Assembly: GCA_963743915.1 (NCBI GenBank)
Contig: CAVURN010000002.1
Location: 416,001 to 480,000 of the forward strand
Origin: an uncultured Actinomycetota bacterium
Lineage (GTDB): Bacteria; Actinomycetota; Actinomycetes; JAHEKZ01
Direction of reading: 5' to 3'
DNA: 64,000 nucleotides
Position numbers and translations under genes: made by a program. Under the pieces are notes generated by a model that was not told where the DNA came from, searched no databases, and saw only the letters and a program-made list of their open reading frames with translations. This document shows positions 1 to 11,254 of the stretch, one piece after another. The first letter of the stretch is position 1; the number at the start of each line of letters is the position of its first letter.

Positions 1-130
1 GGGTGAGCCCATCGAGGTGGGCGGAGGGTGATGCTGAGGGCGCCGGGGGAAGGCGGCCCTGCCGACTCTAGCCGCCAGCCCGGACGATCCCGCGGCGACG
101 CTCCGCCGAGCCTCGCAGGTGCTGTCCGGG

Positions 131-1030
131 TCAGCGCGCGCGGACGTTGACCCCGGTCAATGAGGGGTCCGTACCGGGCGGGGTGACGGCGTCCAGGGCG
201 GCTACCACGTCGGGACCGAGGTCCACTGAGGCTGCGGACATGTTCTCCTCGAGGTGGCTGACCGACTTCGTCCCAGGGATGGGAAGCATCACCGGCGACC
301 GCTGCAGCAGCCAGGCCAGCGCCAGCTGGGCGGGAGTGTGCCCAGTGGTCGCGGCCAGGGCGTCCAGGGGTCCACCCGGGCCGGCCAGCTCTCCGGTCTG
401 CACCGGGAACCACGGGATGAAGCCGATGCCGCGGGCCTCACAGGCGTCCAGCAGCGGTTCGGCCGCCCGGTTGCTCAGGTTGTAGAGGTTCTGGACCGTG
501 GCGACCGGGGTGATCGTCAGCGCCTCCTCCAGCTGGGCGACGGTCACCTCCGACAGACCGATGTGCTTGATCTTGCCGGCCTGCCGGAGCTCGACGAGGG
601 CCCCGAGCTGCTCGGCCAGTGGAAGCCGGGTGTCCACCCGGTGGAGCTGGAACAGGTCGATGCTGTCGACCCGAAGTCGACGCAGGCTCAGCTCGCACTG
701 CTGCTTGAGGTACTCCGGGAAGCCGAGGACGTGCCACTTCCCGGGACCGGTGCGGGTGAAGCCCGCCTTGGTCGCGATGACGAGGTCGTCCGGGTAGGGG
801 TGGAGCGCCTCAGCGATCAGCTCCTCGCTGACCACCGGCCCGTACGAGTCGGCGGTGTCGATGAAGTCGACCCCGAGCTCGAGGGCCCTCCGGAGCACCG
901 CGATCGCTCCGGCATGGTCGGCGGGTGGTCCCCAGATGCCTTCTCCGGTGATCTGCATCGCGCCGTAGCCGAGCCGGTGGACCGGCAGATCTCCTCCGAT
1001 GGCGAACGTGTCTGTCGCAGCTGTGCTCAT
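131..1030 (-). CDS. Aldo/keto reductase
   Basis: [54 protein letters not shown] motifs. Confidence 0.92.
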   Translation of the reverse strand: MSTAATDTFAIGGDLPVHRLGYGAMQITGEGIWGPPADHAGAIAVLRRALELGVDFIDTADSYGPVVSEELIAEALHPYPDDLVIATKAGFTRTGPGKWHVLGFPEYLKQQCELSLRRLRVDSIDLFQLHRVDTRLPLAEQLGALVELRQAGKIKHIGLSEVTVAQLEEALTITPVATVQNLYNLSNRAAEPLLDACEARGIGFIPWFPVQTGELAGPGGPLDALAATTGHTPAQLALAWLLQRSPVMLPIPGTKSVSHLEENMSAASVDLGPDVVAALDAVTPPGTDPSLTGVNVRAR

Positions 1031-1151
1031 GACCCCATCCTGCGCCCCGCACGGGGTGCGCGGATCGCCGGGATCCCCTCGACTGCACAGGGGCGATCCG
1101 CTGGCATCGAGCCAGCAGAACTGTCAGACCCCGCTGGCAGAGTGCAGCGCC

Positions 1152-2473
1152 ATGGACTCCCCCACCGTCAGCCTCGTCGACAGGGTCCGCGACCTGATGG
1201 ATGCGCTCGCGCCGGTGCGCGAGGTGAGCGACCCGGCGCTGCGTGACGAGATCGTCGCCTGCGACCGCGCCGCCCAGATGCTGATGGCGCGCCAGGCGGC
1301 GCTGATGGCGGAGGTGGGGCGCAGGGCGGCAGCTGAGGACCGGGGCGAGGAGCAGCGTCGTGGTCGTCCCTTGGCGCCGCACGAGCGTCGTGCCGAGTTC
1401 GTGGCCGACGAGGTGGCTGTCACCCTGTCCATCACCAAGATGGCTGCAGCCGGCCGCTACGACACGGCCGTGGAGCCGCCCGTGACTACGAGCCGCTCAT
1501 GGCTGCGTGGGCACGGGGCGAGATCGACGCAGCGCAAGGTCGACGTCGTCGTCGACGCACTGCGCGACGTCGACCCGTGTTCGCCGACGCTCTGGCCGAC
1601 TCCGCCGTTCGCGTACGCCGGCACCCACACCGCCCCGCAGCTGCGCCAGTGGCTCGCGCGACGCGTGGTCGCCGCTGACCCCGGCGCCGCCGAGATCCGC
1701 AGGGCACGCGCCACTGCCGAGCGTCGGGTGACTGCTGACTCCCCGTGCAGACGGGGTCGTCCGAGCTGTGGGCGCTCCTGCCCTCAGTCCAGGCACGCCA
1801 GATCTACGACACGGCCAACGCAGCTCGCCCTGGCCGCGGCGACCGACGACGTCCGCACCATGGACCAACGTCGCGCGGACGCGCTGTTCGACCTCCTCAC
1901 CGGACGGGCCGATCCCCCACAGGTACAGGTGCAGGTCGTGGTGCCGGCGACACGCTGCTCGGAGAAGGCGCCGAGCCCGGATTCATCCCGGGGTTAGGCC
2001 CCGTCACGGCCGGTGAGGCACTTCAGATGGCGGGATTCGCCTCTGGAGGCGGCTGCGGCGTTGCCGTCGATCTCGAGGTGATGTGGCGCCGGCTCCTCGC
2101 CGACCCGGACAGTGGCGTCCTGACGGACGTGGCCGAGCGTCAGTACCGGCCCTCCGCCGCTCTCGAACGGGCTGTGCGGACGCGAGACGTCACGTGCCGA
2201 TTCCCCGGATGTCGACGCGCCGCCGCGAGCAGGGGCGTCGACCTCGACCACACCGTGCCCTGGCCCAGCGGCCCGACGTCAGCACACAACTTGGTCGCCC
2301 TGTGCCGTCACCACCACTTGGTGAAGCACTCCCCTGGCTGGTCCGCCGCACTGCACAAGGACGGCGGTCTCGAGTGGACGACGCCAGGTGGGCGCCGGCT
2401 GGTCACCGAGCCGTGGCAGTACAGCAGCGCGCTCGACGACATGGTCCTCCACGACACCGGACCACCTGGCTGA
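1152..2473 (+). pseudogene. DUF222 / HNH endonuclease (13E12-repeat-like), split by several frameshifts
   Basis: N-terminal part in ORF 999..1997 (MDSPT..., DQRRADALFDL). C-terminal part in ORF 1745..2473 (RDVTCRFPGC...DLDHTVPW...NLVALCRHHH). Frame switches near 1470-1600, 1740, 1815, 1950. Confidence 0.75.
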
Positions 2474-2487
2474 AGCCCCCGTCCACT

Positions 2488-3414
2488 TCACTCGTCGCGC
2501 AGCACCACGAGCGCGTGCTCAAGGTCGTCCGGGTAGGGCGACGTGAACCGCACTTCCTCGCCGGTCGCAGGATGGACGAACCCCAGCTCGCGCGCGTGCA
2601 ACCACTGCCGCGACAGGCCCAGGCGCGCCGACAGCGTGGGGTCGGCGCCATAGGTCAGGTCGCCGACACAGGGGTGACGCAGCGCACTCATGTGCACGCG
2701 GATCTGGTGCGTCCGGCCGGTCTCCAGGTGGATCACGAGCAGACTGGCGGCACGGAAGGCCTCGAGCGTCTCGTAGTGGGTCACGCTCTCCTTGCCTGAG
2801 GCGACCACCGCCCACCGCCAGTCGTCCCGCGGGTGACGCCCGATCGGCGCGTCGACAGTCCCACGGCTCGGGTCCGGATGACCTTGCACCACCGCGTGGT
2901 ACACCTTGTCGACTGTCCGCTGCTTGAACGCCGCCTTCAGGGCGCTGTACGCCTGCTCCGACTTCGCGACGACCATCACGCCACTCGTGCCCACGTCGAG
3001 CCGATGCACGACGCCTTGACGCTCGGGTGCTCCGCTGGTGGAGATGCGGTACCCGGCGCCGGCCAGGCCGCCGACCACGGTCGGACCGTTCCATCCCGGG
3101 CTGGGGTGGGCTGCGACGCCGACGGGTTTGTCCACCACCACGATGTCGGCATCGTCGTGGAGCACCATCAGACCGGGAACAGGCTCGGCATCAACGACCA
3201 CCGGCGTGGCGACGTCCGGCAGCTCGATCTCCAGCCACGCTCCCGAGTGCACCCGCTCGCTCTTCAGCGGGGGCACACCGTCGACCAGGACCGCGCCGCC
3301 GGCGATGAGGTCCGCGGCCTTGGTGCGGGAGAGTCCGAAGAGCCGGGCCAGGGCCGCATCGACGCGCTCACCCTCCAGGCCCTCAGGCACGGTGAGGCTG
3401 CGGCGGTCGGACAC
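2488..3414 (-). CDS. rluD: RluA/RluD-family pseudouridine synthase
   Basis: S4 N-domain, VVDKPVG, catalytic [19 protein letters not shown]; follows lspA. Confidence 0.93.
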   Translation of the reverse strand: MSDRRSLTVPEGLEGERVDAALARLFGLSRTKAADLIAGGAVLVDGVPPLKSERVHSGAWLEIELPDVATPVVVDAEPVPGLMVLHDDADIVVVDKPVGVAAHPSPGWNGPTVVGGLAGAGYRISTSGAPERQGVVHRLDVGTSGVMVVAKSEQAYSALKAAFKQRTVDKVYHAVVQGHPDPSRGTVDAPIGRHPRDDWRWAVVASGKESVTHYETLEAFRAASLLVIHLETGRTHQIRVHMSALRHPCVGDLTYGADPTLSARLGLSRQWLHARELGFVHPATGEEVRFTSPYPDDLEHALVVLRDE

Positions 3415-3456
3415 CGGGCGAGGTTATCCCGTGCCCACCGTGTCCGACCGCACGCG

Positions 3457-3996
3457 TCAGCGAATCCGGGTGCCGTCGAGTCCGACGCCGCGGAACGACA
3501 GCCACACCATGAGCACGGCGGAGCAGAAGATGGCGCTGTCGGCCACATTGAACACCGGCCAGTTCGGTACTGAGATCCAGTCGACCACGTGCCCTCGGAA
3601 AGGACCCGGCTCACGGAGGATGCGGTCGGTCAGGTTCCCGAGTGCACCGCCGAGGATTCCACCGAGGGCGACGGCCCACGCCACCGATCCCAGCCGCGAC
3701 GCGACCCGGACGATGACGATCGAGACGCCCACCGCGATCGCGCTGAGGATGACGGTGAAGCTGCCTCCCATGCTGAACGCCGCGCCAGGGTTGAGCGTGT
3801 AGGTGATCTGGAGCCAGTCACCGAGCACCTCGATCGGAGGCCGATCCGTCATCGTCTGCTGCACCCACCACTTCGTGGCCTGGTCCAGCAGCAGCACCCC
3901 TGCGGCCACCCCGAGGGCGGTCCAGAGCGGGCGACGGGACGGACGGGTCTCGTCGCCGCTCAGCGACGTTCCTCGCGCTGCTTGCAGTCGACGCAC
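3457..3996 (-). CDS. lspA: Lipoprotein signal peptidase II
   Basis: [34 protein letters not shown]; start uncertain. Confidence 0.93.
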   Translation of the reverse strand: MRRLQAARGTSLSGDETRPSRRPLWTALGVAAGVLLLDQATKWWVQQTMTDRPPIEVLGDWLQITYTLNPGAAFSMGGSFTVILSAIAVGVSIVIVRVASRLGSVAWAVALGGILGGALGNLTDRILREPGPFRGHVVDWISVPNWPVFNVADSAIFCSAVLMVWLSFRGVGLDGTRIR

Positions 3997-4880
3997 AGGG
4001 TCGCGCGCGGGAACGCCTCGAGGCGCATCTTCCCGATCGGCAGCCCGCAGCTCTCACACGTGCCGTAGGAGCCATCGGCGATCCGGGCGAGCGCATGCTC
4101 CACCTGTTCGAGCAGGTCGCGTGAGTTGTTGGCGACCGACATCTCGTGCTCACGCTCGAAGGTCTTGCTCCCTGCGTCGGCCTGGTCGTCACCAGAGCCG
4201 TCTCCGGAGTCCCGCAGGAGCTCATTGAGGTCCTCGACCGCCTCCGCGATCTCGGCCTCGAGACGGCGACGCTCCGCGAGCAGGACGCCCTTCATCTCGT
4301 TGCGCTCGGCCGGGGTCAAGGGTTTGCGCCCGCGGGCGCCGGGCGAGGGTTTCGCCGCGGCCTTGCTCGCCGCCACCTTGAGCGGAGCCGGCGGTTTCGC
4401 CGCCACCTTGGCGGGCTTGCCGACCGGCGGCGCGGCAGTGGCCTTCTTCGCCGGAGCCTTCTTGGCCACCGACTTCTTCGCCGGAGCCTTCTTCGCCGCG
4501 GCCTTCTTGGCCACCGGCTTCTTGGCAGGAGCCTTCTTCGCGACCGGCTTCTTGGCGGCGGCCTTCTTGACCGGCGCCTTCTTCGCCGGCGTCTTCTTCG
4601 CCACCGGCTTCTTGGCAGGAGCCTTCTTCGCGACCGGCTTCTTGACCGGCGCCTTCTTCGCCACCGACTTCTTCGCCGGAGCCTTCTTCGCGGCAGTCTT
4701 CTTCGTGGTCGGCTTCTTGGCGGCGGCCTTCTTGACCGGTGCCTTCTTCGCCGGCGTCTTCTTCGTCACGGCCCTCTTCGTTGCCTTTTTCTTGGTGGCC
4801 GCAGATGTGGCCCGGCGCGCGGGACGTGTCGACGTCCCACGAGACCGGGTCGTTCCCCCGCCCGACTTCCGCTGCGCCAT
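3960..4880 (-). CDS. DksA/TraR C4 zinc-finger protein with N-terminal histone-H1-like Lys/Ala/Pro repeats (DdbA-like)
   Basis: DDQADAG coiled-coil tip, CESC...CVDC finger, ~130 aa of PAKK/AKKA repeats; lies between ileS and lspA like Streptomyces SCO2075. Confidence 0.88.
   Translation of the reverse strand: MAQRKSGGGTTRSRGTSTRPARRATSAATKKKATKRAVTKKTPAKKAPVKKAAAKKPTTKKTAAKKAPAKKSVAKKAPVKKPVAKKAPAKKPVAKKTPAKKAPVKKAAAKKPVAKKAPAKKPVAKKAAAKKAPAKKSVAKKAPAKKATAAPPVGKPAKVAAKPPAPLKVAASKAAAKPSPGARGRKPLTPAERNEMKGVLLAERRRLEAEIAEAVEDLNELLRDSGDGSGDDQADAGSKTFEREHEMSVANNSRDLLEQVEHALARIADGSYGTCESCGLPIGKMRLEAFPRATLCVDCKQREERR
4440..4800 (-). repeat. Degenerate 15-bp tandem coding repeats ([10 protein letters not shown])
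   Basis: Recurrent gccttcttcgccgg / ggcttcttggc units on the + strand. Confidence 0.85.
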
Positions 4881-4959
4881 GCGACCCTCCAGACCGGCTG
4901 TGGCATGGTCCGGGCGAGGATAGGCCCCCGCCCTGGCGCTCACCAAACCGCCCCGCCGG

Positions 4960-5277
4960 TCAGCACCGCTCCGGCTCAGCCAGGGCCTCCAGCCGCCGCT
5001 CGAGCTCGACCGGCCCGAGGGCCACCCGCAGCACCTTGCGACGGCTCGTGGCACCCCGGACCAACGACACCTGTCGGCGAGGGAGGCCGAGCGCGACGGC
5101 CACCGCCTCCAGCACCGCCTCGGTGGCGGCGCCGTCGACCGCCCGGGCCGTCACGCGCACCGCCAAGGCGCCGTCGTGCCGACCGCCCACCGCGCGGTGC
5201 GACGCCCCGGGGCGCACCCACACCGGCAGCAGCGACTCCTCGGAGGCTCCTGCTCGACGCGCACGGCTCCCGGTCAC
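4960..5277 (-). CDS. DUF167 (YggU/UPF0235) family protein
   Basis: [32 protein letters not shown]. Confidence 0.8.
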   Translation of the reverse strand: MTGSRARRAGASEESLLPVWVRPGASHRAVGGRHDGALAVRVTARAVDGAATEAVLEAVAVALGLPRRQVSLVRGATSRRKVLRVALGPVELERRLEALAEPERC

Positions 5278-5319
5278 CGCCCCATTGTGGCCAAGGCGGG
5301 TAGGATCCCGGAGACTGCA

Positions 5320-5580
5320 CGGCGTCGACGGGACGAGTACCCGCGTCGTCCGGCCTCAAGAGCGAACCGGGGACGGTGTGAGCCCGGTGGTACCGGGCGC
5401 GGCGAACATCACCCCCGAGCTGCCGGAAGAGCGGGTCGCGACGCGACCCGGGTAGACCCGGCTGCAGCGACCTCGAGAGGGTGGTTCCGCGCGGCGGAGG
5501 CGCCAAGGAGGGTGGTACCGCGGGGCGGCCGGCGTGGCCGGTGGCCTCGTCCCTCCAGCGACGCGCACTCCCCGGAGGAC
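5320..5580 (+). ncRNA. Translational T-box riboswitch (Ile) of ileS
   Basis: Stem I with GAGTA and GGTGTGA loop; specifier AUC at 5408-5410; T-box AGGGTGGTACCGCG at 5509-5522; CGTCCCTCC at 5548-5556 can pair with either the T-box or the RBS GGAGGA at 5574-5579. Confidence 0.85.
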
Positions 5581-5582
5581 TC

Positions 5583-8500
5583 ATGTACCGCGAGGTCCCG
5601 CCGCAGGTCGACCTGCCGGCACTCGAGCACGAGGTGCTCGAGCTGTGGCACGAGCAGGACACCTTCCACCGCAGCCTGAAGCAGCGTGCTGATGCCCCGA
5701 TGTGGGTCTTCTACGAGGGGCCCCCGACAGCGAACGGGACGCCCGGAACGCACCACATCGAGGCGCGGGTCTTCAAGGACGTCTTCCCGCGGTACCGCAC
5801 CATGAAGGGCTACCACGTCCCACGCAAGGGTGGCTGGGACTGTCACGGACTGCCGGTCGAGATCGCGGTGGAGAAGGAGCTCGGCTTCTCCGGCAAGCAG
5901 GACATCGAGGAGTACGGCGTCGCCGAGTTCAACGCCAAGTGCCGCGAGTCGGTCCTTCGCCATGTCGACGCCTTCGAGCAGATGACCGAACGCATGGGGT
6001 ACTGGGTCGACACCGACCAGGCCTACTGGACGATGAATCCGGAGTACGTGGACAGCCTCTGGTGGGCGCTGCAGCAGATCCACGCCAAGGGATTGCTCGT
6101 GGAGGATCACCGGGTCGCCCCCTACTGTCCGCGCTGCGGCACCGGACTGTCCGACCACGAGCTCGCCCAGGGATACGAGACCGTGGTCGACCCCTCGGTC
6201 TACGTCCGCTTCCCGCTCACGTCGGGACCTTTCGCCGACGCCGACGCATCGCTGCTGGTGTGGACGACCACTCCCTGGACGTTGGTGTCGAACACGGCGG
6301 TGGCCGTCCACCCTCAGGTGGAGTACGTGCTGGCGCGTACCGGTGACGGTGAGCACCTCGTGGTCGCTGCTCCCCTGCTCGAAGAGGCCCTGGGCTCGGA
6401 CGCGACCGAGGTCCGCAGACTCACCGGGGCCGAGCTGGTCGGGTCGGGCTACCGCGCACCGTTCGACCTGGTCGAGATCCCTGAAGGCCCCGCCGTTCAC
6501 ACCGTGGTCGCAGCGGAGTACGTCACCGTCACCGACGGCACGGGGCTGGTGCACCTCGCCCCAGCGTTCGGCCCCGACGACCTGGCAGTCGGTCGCGCGG
6601 TCGGTCTGCCGGTGGTCAACCCGATGCTGCCCACCGGTGAGTTCGGTCCCGACGTCTCCCTCGTCGGGGGTGTCTTCTTCAAGAAGGCCGACGAGCAGCT
6701 GGTGGCCGATCTCGGGCAGCGCGGCCTGCTCTTCCGCCACGTGCCCTACGAGCACTCCTACCCGCACTGCTGGCGCTGCCACACGCCGCTGATGTACTAC
6801 GCGCAGCCCTCGTGGTACATCCGGACGACGGCCATCAAGGACGAGCTGCTCGCGCAGAACGACGCCACCCAGTGGTACCCCGAGTCCATCAAGTACGGCC
6901 GTTACGGCGACTGGCTCGAGAACAACATCGACTGGGCGCTCTCCCGCAACCGCTACTGGGGCACGCCGCTGCCCATCTGGCGCTGCGAGCAGCAGCACCT
7001 GACCGTGGTCGGATCGCGCGCCGAGCTCGCCGAGCTCGCGGGGGCCGACCTGCACACGATGGATCCGCACCGACCGTTCGTCGACGAGGTGACGTTGCCG
7101 TGCCCCGAGTGCGGTGCGGCCGCTTCACGGGTGCCCGAGGTGGTCGACGTCTGGTTCGACTCCGGGTGCATGCCCTTCGCGCAGTGGGGCTTTCCCCACC
7201 AGGGCGAGGAGACCTTCCGCGCTCAGTACCCCGCCGACTACATCTGCGAGGCCATCGACCAGACGCGTGGCTGGTTCTACACGCTCATGACCGTGGGCAC
7301 CCTCGTGTTCGACCAGTCCGCGTATCGCAACGTGCTCTGCCTCGGCCACATCCTCGACAAGGACGGCCGCAAGATGAGCAAGCACCTCGGCAACGTGCTC
7401 GAGCCGATGCCGCTCATGGAGCGGCACGGGGCCGACGCGGTGCGATGGTTCATGTTCGCCAGCGGCTCACCGTGGTCGGCCCGACGGGTCAGCCACGAGT
7501 CGATCCAGGAGGTCGTGCGCAAGACGCTGCTGACCTACTGGAACACGGTGTCGTTCCAGGCGCTCTACGCGCGGCTGGCAGGCTGGACGCCCGGTGCGGA
7601 TGACCCCGACGTCGAGACGCGCCCGCTGATGGACCGCTGGCTGGCCTCGCGCACCCAACAGCTCGCGGCGTCGGTCGATGCCGCCCTGGACGACTTCGAC
7701 GCGGCCGGGGCAGGGACGCACATCGCGGCGTTCATCGACGAGCTCTCCAACTGGTACGTGCGGCGCTCGCGTCGGCGCTTCTGGGACGGCGACCCGGCGG
7801 CACTCCGGACGTTGCACGACGCCCTCACGACGCTCACCCTGGTGATGGCACCGCTCACCCCCTTCGTGACCGAGCGCGTGTGGCAGGACCTCGTCCGTCC
7901 GACCACGCCAGGCGCGCCGGACTCGGTCCACCTCGCCGACTGGCCCGACTCGGCGACGACGGCTGTCGACCTCGAGCTCGCGCAGCAGATGGCGCTCGTG
8001 CGCCGTCTCGTCGAGCTGGGTCGTGCCGCCCGGGCCAGCACCGGCGTCAAGACGCGCCAGCCGCTCGGTCGTGCCCTGGTCTCGGCACCCGGCTGGGAGC
8101 AGCTGCCGGACGAGCTGCGGCGCGAGCTGGCCGCCGAGCTCAACGTCCAGGAGATCGAGGCCCTCAGCAGCGTGGAGGGAGAGCTGGTCTCCGTGTCCGC
8201 CAAGGCCAACTTCCGCTCCCTCGGAAAGCGGTTCGGGGCGCGGACGCCGGCGGTCGCCGCCGCGATCGCGGCGGTCGACCCCCATGTGCTGCATCGCGAC
8301 CTCTCCTCCGGTGGCACCACCTCGGTCGAGGTCGAGGGGGAGCTGGTCGACGTCGGCGGCCGACGAGGTCGTCCTCACCGAGACGCCGCGCGAGGGGTGG
8401 GCGGTGCACCACGAGGGCGGCGAGAGCATCGCTCTCGACCTGACGCTGACCCCGGAGCTGCGCCTGCTCGGGCTCTCCCGCGACGTCGTCCGCCAGGTCC

Positions 8501-8709
8501 AGGAGGCCCGCAAGTCGTCCGGGCTCCAGGTCTCGGACCGGATCGCCCTGCGATGGCAGGCGGACGGTGAGGTCAGGGACGCGGTGCTGGCCCACGGATC
8601 GGCGATCGCCGCCGAGGTCCTGGCGACCACCATGAGCCAGGAGGAGCCGGAGGGCACGGTCTTCACCGACGACGAGACGGGACTGCGCTTCTCCGTCACC
8701 CTCACCTGA
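5583..8709 (+). CDS. ileS: Isoleucyl-tRNA synthetase (type 2); one frameshift near 8360
   Basis: YEGPPTANG, GWDCHGLPVE, WTTTPWT, KMSKH; C-terminus continues in ORF 8023..8709. Confidence 0.95.
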
Positions 8710-8876
8710 GTCGCTCGCTCTCGGACGGTGCGAGCCGGCGGCTTGATCACCCCGATGGGGCGTCGTTACCGAAATCACCCGAATGGAGTAGCCAACCGGC
8801 CAGCACCTCTGACCGATACCTAACCAACGGCTCGCACCCCGAGTCGTCCGGTCGGCACAGCACACGGAGGACTGCC

Positions 8877-9347
8877 ATGGTGCAACCACTCGCCGCCTCG
8901 AACCCCGCGACGATCCCCCAGGTGCGGCTCAAGGCCAACGCAGTGGCCGTCCCTGCGCTTGCGAGCAACGTCCGCCCCGCCCTGGTGCTGGCCGAGCGCG
9001 AGAGCCGTCAGCTCATCGAGAGCGGCAAGCAGCACGACATCACGATGGGCGGCATCTTCTGCGTCAGCCCCACCGGCATCCAGGTGTGGGACCGCCCGTG
9101 GATGAGCCCCGAGCAGGGCCCTGGCGAGTCGGTCCACCTCGGATCGGTCGACTGGACCTACGACACCCCGGTCAAGCACTACGTCACGATCTACCGCGCC
9201 ATGGTCACCGAGCACGGCATCAGCGCCGGCGAGACCACCCTGTCGATCCTGACCAAGGTCCTCGGCCTCACCGGCATCCCGATCGACGGCGCCCGGATCT
9301 CGATGCCCGCGCCGCCCCCTCGCGACCCGTTCCGCAGGCGGATCTGA
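8877..9347 (+). CDS. Hypothetical protein, 156 aa
   Basis: RBS GGAGG, GC3-rich codons, followed by a terminator; no family recognised. Confidence 0.8.
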   Translation: MVQPLAASNPATIPQVRLKANAVAVPALASNVRPALVLAERESRQLIESGKQHDITMGGIFCVSPTGIQVWDRPWMSPEQGPGESVHLGSVDWTYDTPVKHYVTIYRAMVTEHGISAGETTLSILTKVLGLTGIPIDGARISMPAPPPRDPFRRRI

Positions 9348-9357
9348 CCTGAGCACG

Positions 9358-9390
9358 ACGAAGCCCCGGCCAGGGTGGCCGGGGCTTCGT
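9358..9390. terminator. Bidirectional hairpin terminator
   Basis: Perfect 15-bp stem ACGAAGCCCCGGCCA-ggg-TGGCCGGGGCTTCGT between convergent genes. Confidence 0.85.
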
Positions 9391-9401
9391 GCTGCCGGAG
9401 G

Positions 9402-10343
9402 TCAGGACCCCGCAGGTGGACTGCTGGGCGGTCCGCTCGGCGGACTGCTGGGGGCCGATGCCGGACGCGGTGCGGCCTGCTGCGGAGGAGCCTGGGACGG
9501 CGCCGGAGCACTGCTCGGAGGTGCCGCCGGGGGCTGCGCCGGAGGCTGGGCTGGAGCGGTCGGCGGAGCCGACGGCGGCTGGGTCGCCGGCGGGGTCGTT
9601 GGCTGCGTCGTTGGCTGCGTCGTTGGCTGGGCCGCCGGGCGCGGTGCTGCGGGCGGGGCCGACGGCGGCTGGGCAGCCGGTTGGGCCGGCTGGGCCGGCG
9701 CCGAGGACACCGCCTGTGCTGCCGGCCGTGGTGCCGGTGTCTGCGGAGCGGCCTGCGGCTGTCCCGCGCCCGACGGTGCCGCCTCACCCCGCGCGGTCAG
9801 CTCACGCAGCTGCTGCTCGAGGTAGGACTTCAGCCGGGTGCGGTACTCACGCTCGAACGAGCGCAGCTCGTCGACCTGCTTCTCCAGGGCGCTGCGCTCC
9901 CCGGCCAGGGCCGCCATCGCCGCCTGGTGCTTGCTGGCAGCCTCACGTTCGGCGTTCTCGGCCTTGCTGCGCGCGGTGGCCAACAGGGTGTCGGCCTCCG
10001 AGCGCGCGGAGGCCACGACCTCGTCGGCGGTCCGCTCGGCCACGGCGAGCAGACGAGCCGCCTGCTCGGCGCTGGACGAGGGCTGTGGCGCCACCGGCGC
10101 CGCGGGAGCTACGGGCGCCGCAGGTGCAGCCGGGGCGGGAGTCGCCGCAGGCGTCGGCGCGGCGGCAACTGCCGGCCGAGCGGCGAGCTGAGCCTTCAGC
10201 GACTCGTTCTCGGCGATGAGTCGTCGCAGCTCGGCAGCGACCTGGTCGAGGAACGCATCGACCTCGTCCTCGTCGTAGCCGGCGTTGCGCTTCTTCGACG
10301 TCTGGAACAGGACGTTCTGGACGTCTTCGGGAGTCAGGGGCAT
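9402..10343 (-). CDS. divIVA: DivIVA/Wag31 polar growth protein
   Basis: MPLTPEDV...GYDEDEVDAFLD, coiled coil FEREYRTRLKSYLE, P/Q/A-rich tail. Confidence 0.92.
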   Translation of the reverse strand: MPLTPEDVQNVLFQTSKKRNAGYDEDEVDAFLDQVAAELRRLIAENESLKAQLAARPAVAAAPTPAATPAPAAPAAPVAPAAPVAPQPSSSAEQAARLLAVAERTADEVVASARSEADTLLATARSKAENAEREAASKHQAAMAALAGERSALEKQVDELRSFEREYRTRLKSYLEQQLRELTARGEAAPSGAGQPQAAPQTPAPRPAAQAVSSAPAQPAQPAAQPPSAPPAAPRPAAQPTTQPTTQPTTPPATQPPSAPPTAPAQPPAQPPAAPPSSAPAPSQAPPQQAAPRPASAPSSPPSGPPSSPPAGS

Positions 10344-10399
10344 CAGGTCTCCTCCGAGTGCCTAGATCAGGAGAACCCTAGCGTCCGCGACGGCACGCG

Positions 10400-10693
10400 T
10401 CAGGCACGGGCCAGTCCACCGAGGATGCCGATGAGCACCTGGACGCCGATGAACAGCACGAGGACCGCCAGGTCGAAGGCGACGGCGCCGATGCGCAGCG
10501 GCGGGATCACCTTGCGCAGCGCCTTGATCGGCGGATCGGTGATGGTGAAGACGAGCTCGAAGAGCACCAGCACCACACCGCCGGGACGGAAGTCGCGGGC
10601 GAAGATCTGCAGCAGGTCGATCACCACGCGGGCGATCAGGCAGATGAGAAAGGCGTAGAGCAGGTAGATGAGGATCGCGAAGACGAGGTCCAT
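10400..10693 (-). CDS. YggT-family membrane protein (SepG/YlmG)
   Basis: TDPPIKALRKVIPPLRIG..DLA motif; between sepF and divIVA. Confidence 0.9.
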   Translation of the reverse strand: MDLVFAILIYLLYAFLICLIARVVIDLLQIFARDFRPGGVVLVLFELVFTITDPPIKALRKVIPPLRIGAVAFDLAVLVLFIGVQVLIGILGGLARA

Positions 10694-10700
10694 GAAGGGG

Positions 10701-11177
10701 TCAGCTCTGGTTGAAGAACCCGCCCTGCGCCATCCGCTCCTTCTCCTCGGCGGTCACGACCACGTTGGCCGGTGAGAGCAGGAACACCTTCTGCGTGACC
10801 CGCTCGATGGTGCCGTGGAGCCCGAAGACGATGCCGGCGGCGAAGTCCACGATGCGCTTGGCATCCCCGTCGTCCATCTCCGACAGGTTCATGATGACCG
10901 GCGTGCCGTCACGGAACGCTTCGCCGATGGCTCGGGCGTCGTTGTACGTGCGCGGGTGGAGGGTCGTGATGCGCGACGCGGTGGCCGTCGCCGACCCGAC
11001 CTCACGCACCGGTGCGACGGCAGCGGCGCGGGCGGGGGGTGTCTCGTGGTCCCGCACGGCGTGCAGGGAGCGGGTGCGGTCGTCGTACTCGCTGTCGTAC
11101 TCCTCGTACTCGTCGTACTGGTCACCGTTCTCGACCAGTCCGAGATACACCGCCATCTTGCGCATTGCGCCGGCCAT
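10701..11177 (-). CDS. sepF: Cell division protein SepF
   Basis: [37 protein letters not shown]. Confidence 0.95.
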   Translation of the reverse strand: MAGAMRKMAVYLGLVENGDQYDEYEEYDSEYDDRTRSLHAVRDHETPPARAAAVAPVREVGSATATASRITTLHPRTYNDARAIGEAFRDGTPVIMNLSEMDDGDAKRIVDFAAGIVFGLHGTIERVTQKVFLLSPANVVVTAEEKERMAQGGFFNQS

Positions 11178-11254
11178 GCGTCAGACCCCTTCGTCTCGTG
11201 CGGCCGGGTCCGGTGGGAGCACTCCCCCCGGGACACCGGTCGTCCCCCAGCACG

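Noticed and set aside
4440-4800. Repeat array as a possible CRISPR
   Set aside because: Short in-frame coding repeats with no unique spacers and no cas genes.
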